The notes under the pieces: generated by a model
Seen by the model: the letters and a program-made list of their open reading frames with translations, nothing else
Told to the model about the DNA's origin: nothing
Databases searched by the model: none
DNA from: Malacoraja senta
Lineage: Eukaryota
NCBI GenBank assembly: GCA_038087875.1
Contig: CM075989.1
Span: forward strand, 3,906,001-3,970,000
Direction: 5' to 3'
DNA: 64,000 bases
Made by a program: the position numbers and the translations under genes
Shown: piece after piece, positions 60,921 to 64,000 of the stretch
How the letters are laid out: every line of letters starts with the position of its first letter
Position numbering within the stretch: position 1 is the stretch's first letter

Positions 60921-61375
60921 GGGTGCTCCGGTTTCCTTCCACATTCCAAAGACATATGGGTTTGTATATTAATAGGCTTCGGTAAAAATTGTAAATTGCC
61001 CCTAGTGTAGGACAATGTTAGTGTGTGGGGATCGCTGGTCGGCGCAGACTCGGCAGGCTGAAGGGCCTGTTTCTGCTCTGTATCTCTAAACTAAACTAAA
61101 TCTAATGTGTGCTTTAGGTAGATTCTCAGAGCTGAATTTGGATGACATGCAAATATGAATTAGAAGCGGGAACAGGCTTTTCCACTCAACCAGATAATGT
61201 TTCTAGTTCATGCTTTTGGCCGGTTTTCAAAGAGTGACAAGTTTGAGCAGGAATAGGGAACTGCAGCTTCAGTTTAAGGAACAAAGCTTTGCAATACATA
61301 GGGCAGTGTATGAAGGAATGTTGCATCAGTAAGCTCTGACTCTGAAGACCCAACAGCAGTAAGTTCTAATAGAAT

Positions 61376-61690
61376 GGACAGCACAGTGGTGCAGCTGTAG
61401 TGTAGCAGCCTCACGGCACTGGAGACCCCAGTTTGATCCTGATCTCGGGGTTGTTGTCTGTGTAGAGTTTGCACGTTCTCTCTGTAACCAAGTGGGTTTC
61501 CCCGGGTGCTCCGGTTTCCTCCTACATCCCAAGCATGTCCAGGTTTGTAATTTAATTGACCTCTGTAAAATTGTCCTTAGTGTGCAGGGAGTGGATGTAA
61601 AAAACTTGATAATATGGGACTAGGGTGAACCTGCGATCAATAGACGGCATGGACCTGATGGGCAGAAGGGCCTGTTTCCATGACGTGTCT
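61376..61690 (+). mobile_element. HE1-like V-SINE
   Basis: Head, V-core and tail motifs. Confidence 0.75.
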
Positions 61691-62021
61691 TTAAATCAGT
61701 CAAGGAGACGGATTTTGCAATGCACAGAGCAGTGTAACACGGAGTGATGGAATGAAAAAGTCTCGGTTCACTTACCCAGAAGCAGCAAGTCCTAACAGAA
61801 TGATTAGTCTGAGTCTGAAGAAGGGTTCCAGCTTGAAGCATCATCCATCCTTTTCCTTCAGAGATGGTGCCTGACCGGCTGAGCTACTCCAGCACTTTGT
61901 GTCTATCTTCACATATGCATCTGCACAGTGTCATTCCTTTTGCATATATTACACATGCAGGCACCGCCTTTTTAGGCGCCATTGTTCAAAGTCTACAGTC
62001 CGCTCGGCCTGCAAGCTCGGT

Positions 62022-62330
62022 GTTTAGTTTAGTTTAGTTTAGACATACAGCGCGGGAACAGGCCCTTCGGCCCACCGAGTCTGCACCTATCAGCGATCCC
62101 CGCCCATTAACACTATCCTACACACATTAGGGACAATTTACACTTAAACCAAGCCAATTAACCTACTAACCTGTACGTCATTGGAATGTGGGAAGAACCC
62201 AAAGATCGCGGAGAAAACCCACGCTGGTCATGGGGAGAACATACAAACTCCATACAGACAGCACACGTAGCCAGGATCAAACTCGGGAACCTGGCGCTAC
62301 GAGGCAGCAACTCTACCGCTGCGCCACCGC
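62022..62330 (-). mobile_element. HE1-like V-SINE
   Basis: (gttta)n tail, V-core and head on the minus strand. Confidence 0.82.
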
Positions 62331-62535
62331 ATACACTGCGACACACAATGTGTGATCCAGAACGAGACAGAAGAAAGCTCTCGCTTTCCCAGTTCTACCG
62401 AAGAATACACAAGATGCACTTGTTTCAAACCATGATAAATGATGAAACTGAGTCTTTATAACCGCAGGCCAGTGACAGTGAGGTTAGAAACGGAAGTTGC
62501 GTGCTAATCTAATGCAAAGGAATTGTGGAGACTAA

Positions 62536-62786
62536 AGGGCCTGTACCACTTGCCGATTTTTTCGGCGACTGACATATCAGGTCACCGAAAAAGTTGTGGC
62601 GTGTTGCGGCAGTGATGCGGCATGACACGGTGTGATGACGTATTGACACGCGGTGTTTCCTCAAGTGTCGCAACATTTTTTTTCTCTCTGCTGGATTTTG
62701 AAATGTTCAAAATCTTTCGGTGACCGTGATACATCAGTCAATGATGCCGGCAGTCGCCGAAAATATTGCCAAGTGAGAAAGGCCCT
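62536..62786. mobile_element. PIF/Harbinger-like MITE (about 250 bp)
   Basis: Imperfect TIRs of about 36 bp (AGGGCCTGTACCACTTGCCGATTTTTTCGGCGACTG vs CAGTCGCCGAAAATATTGCCAAGTGAGAAAGGCCCT), flanked by TAA and TCA. Confidence 0.75.
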
Positions 62787-63189
62787 TCAAGCAACTGCTT
62801 ACGTAGAACACCAAGTACTGGAGTGATTCAGCAGGTTAGCCAGCATCTGTGGGGACCTTCCTTCCGAATTTAGAATTGTTTAATATTGCCTCCAGCGGGA
62901 CAACACCTCAGCCTCAGATGCTGATTTGAATCCCAATTCTGCAAACAACAATATCTAGTATTTTTCACTTCAGCAGTTCTCCTAAATTCTCCAGAAAGAT
63001 CCCGAAGCTAAACTATTTATTTTATAATATAAGGTAGTCGACGTGACATTTTGTCTTCTGCAACAAATATCTGGTACTTACTGATCTGAGAGAAGGTATT
63101 AACTTCCCGGTCGTTGAGTTCACCACAAACAAAAATTCTTTGGCACCTTTCAACTGGCTGATCTAAAATACAGCGTTGCATAATATTAA

Positions 63190-64000
63190 TTTTACTTCGG
63201 AGTCACGTGAGTGACTACGTGAAGAACCCCGCCAGTGCGCCTGCGCGTCATTACGTCAGACGCATTGGCGCAAACGGACGTGAGGAGCAGAGCTTCACTA
63301 GTGGAAATGTAGTTGTGAACTACAAGGTAAGTAAAAACTTTTTTCGTAATTTCCGTGTCCGTTGGCTATGGGTATGTGGGGATTTTTTCCACAGGCACCA
63401 TGGAAAAAACGGGCAAGGGGAGGAGGCGAGCGGCACAGCCGGTAGATAGTCGCGAGATTGCGGTCGGCGACCAGCCGCTTCTGACCCCGGTACAGTCGCC
63501 AGCGGAGAGCGTAGCGACTGTGGATTTGGGGCTGAAATGAATGCAGTCAGCACCAGTCAGGCGCAAGGCGAAGCCACAAAGCCGACAGAGAGCCGCGGGA
63601 ATGCGGTTGGTAAAGGACTGCCTCATACCCCTATAACAGTCGCCGGCTGGGAGCGGGGCGACTGTGGACTTGTGTATTAAGAAAAAGAACGGAGCCAGCA
63701 TCAGTTGGGCGCTAGGCAACATGCAAGTCAGTTCCATGGAGCAAGAGTCAGTTTGGGATTCACCTCCAAGGCTGGATACCACTTTTTGAGTGGATATTCC
63801 AAATGGAGAACCTGTACACAGGTTGCTCCAACAAGACATACTCCAGGAGGAGTGATGTCAGAGCCAGGCTCCAGAAGCCAGGTCAGCAGCACCTAGTAAA
63901 GGGCTGCTTGATAGCACCCTCATTGATGAGGCGCGTGCACAGGGTCAGCAGAGTTTCCAAAACAAGTGAAGACGGCAGCTGCCAGATGGGCTATTCCTGG
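63190..64000 (+). mobile_element. DIRS1-type element 5' end; runs off the window end
   Basis: Terminal motif at 63190-63225 followed by a leader and a degenerate gag-like region. Confidence 0.85.

Overview
Vertebrate genomic DNA, most likely a cartilaginous fish (skate/ray/shark). This is inferred from abundant HE1-like V-SINEs and HER1/CR1 LINE fragments. The only intact host genes seen are two minus-strand UDP-glucuronosyltransferases with intronless CDSs (UGT5-like; 24427-26040 and 57214-58812), part of a tandemly duplicated cluster. Both have a splice acceptor 26 nt before the ATG, and their 3' halves are nearly identical. The rest is nested mobile DNA: five DIRS1-type pieces (one with a complete ICR/terminal inverted structure), a BEL/Pao 3' end, two ERV-like remnants, a full-length TSD-flanked L1, a near-complete esterase-bearing RTEX-like LINE in a (CT)n tract, Penelope-like elements with hammerhead ribozyme motifs (including 81-206 bp TSD-flanked mini-insertions), three non-autonomous Helitron copies with minisatellites, Harbinger-like MITEs, and an 8-kb element with an 8-bp TSD and a spliced THAP-domain relic (P-like or hAT-like). 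A 200-N gap lies at 8358-8557. All calls were made by eye without database searches, and many repeat boundaries are approximate.
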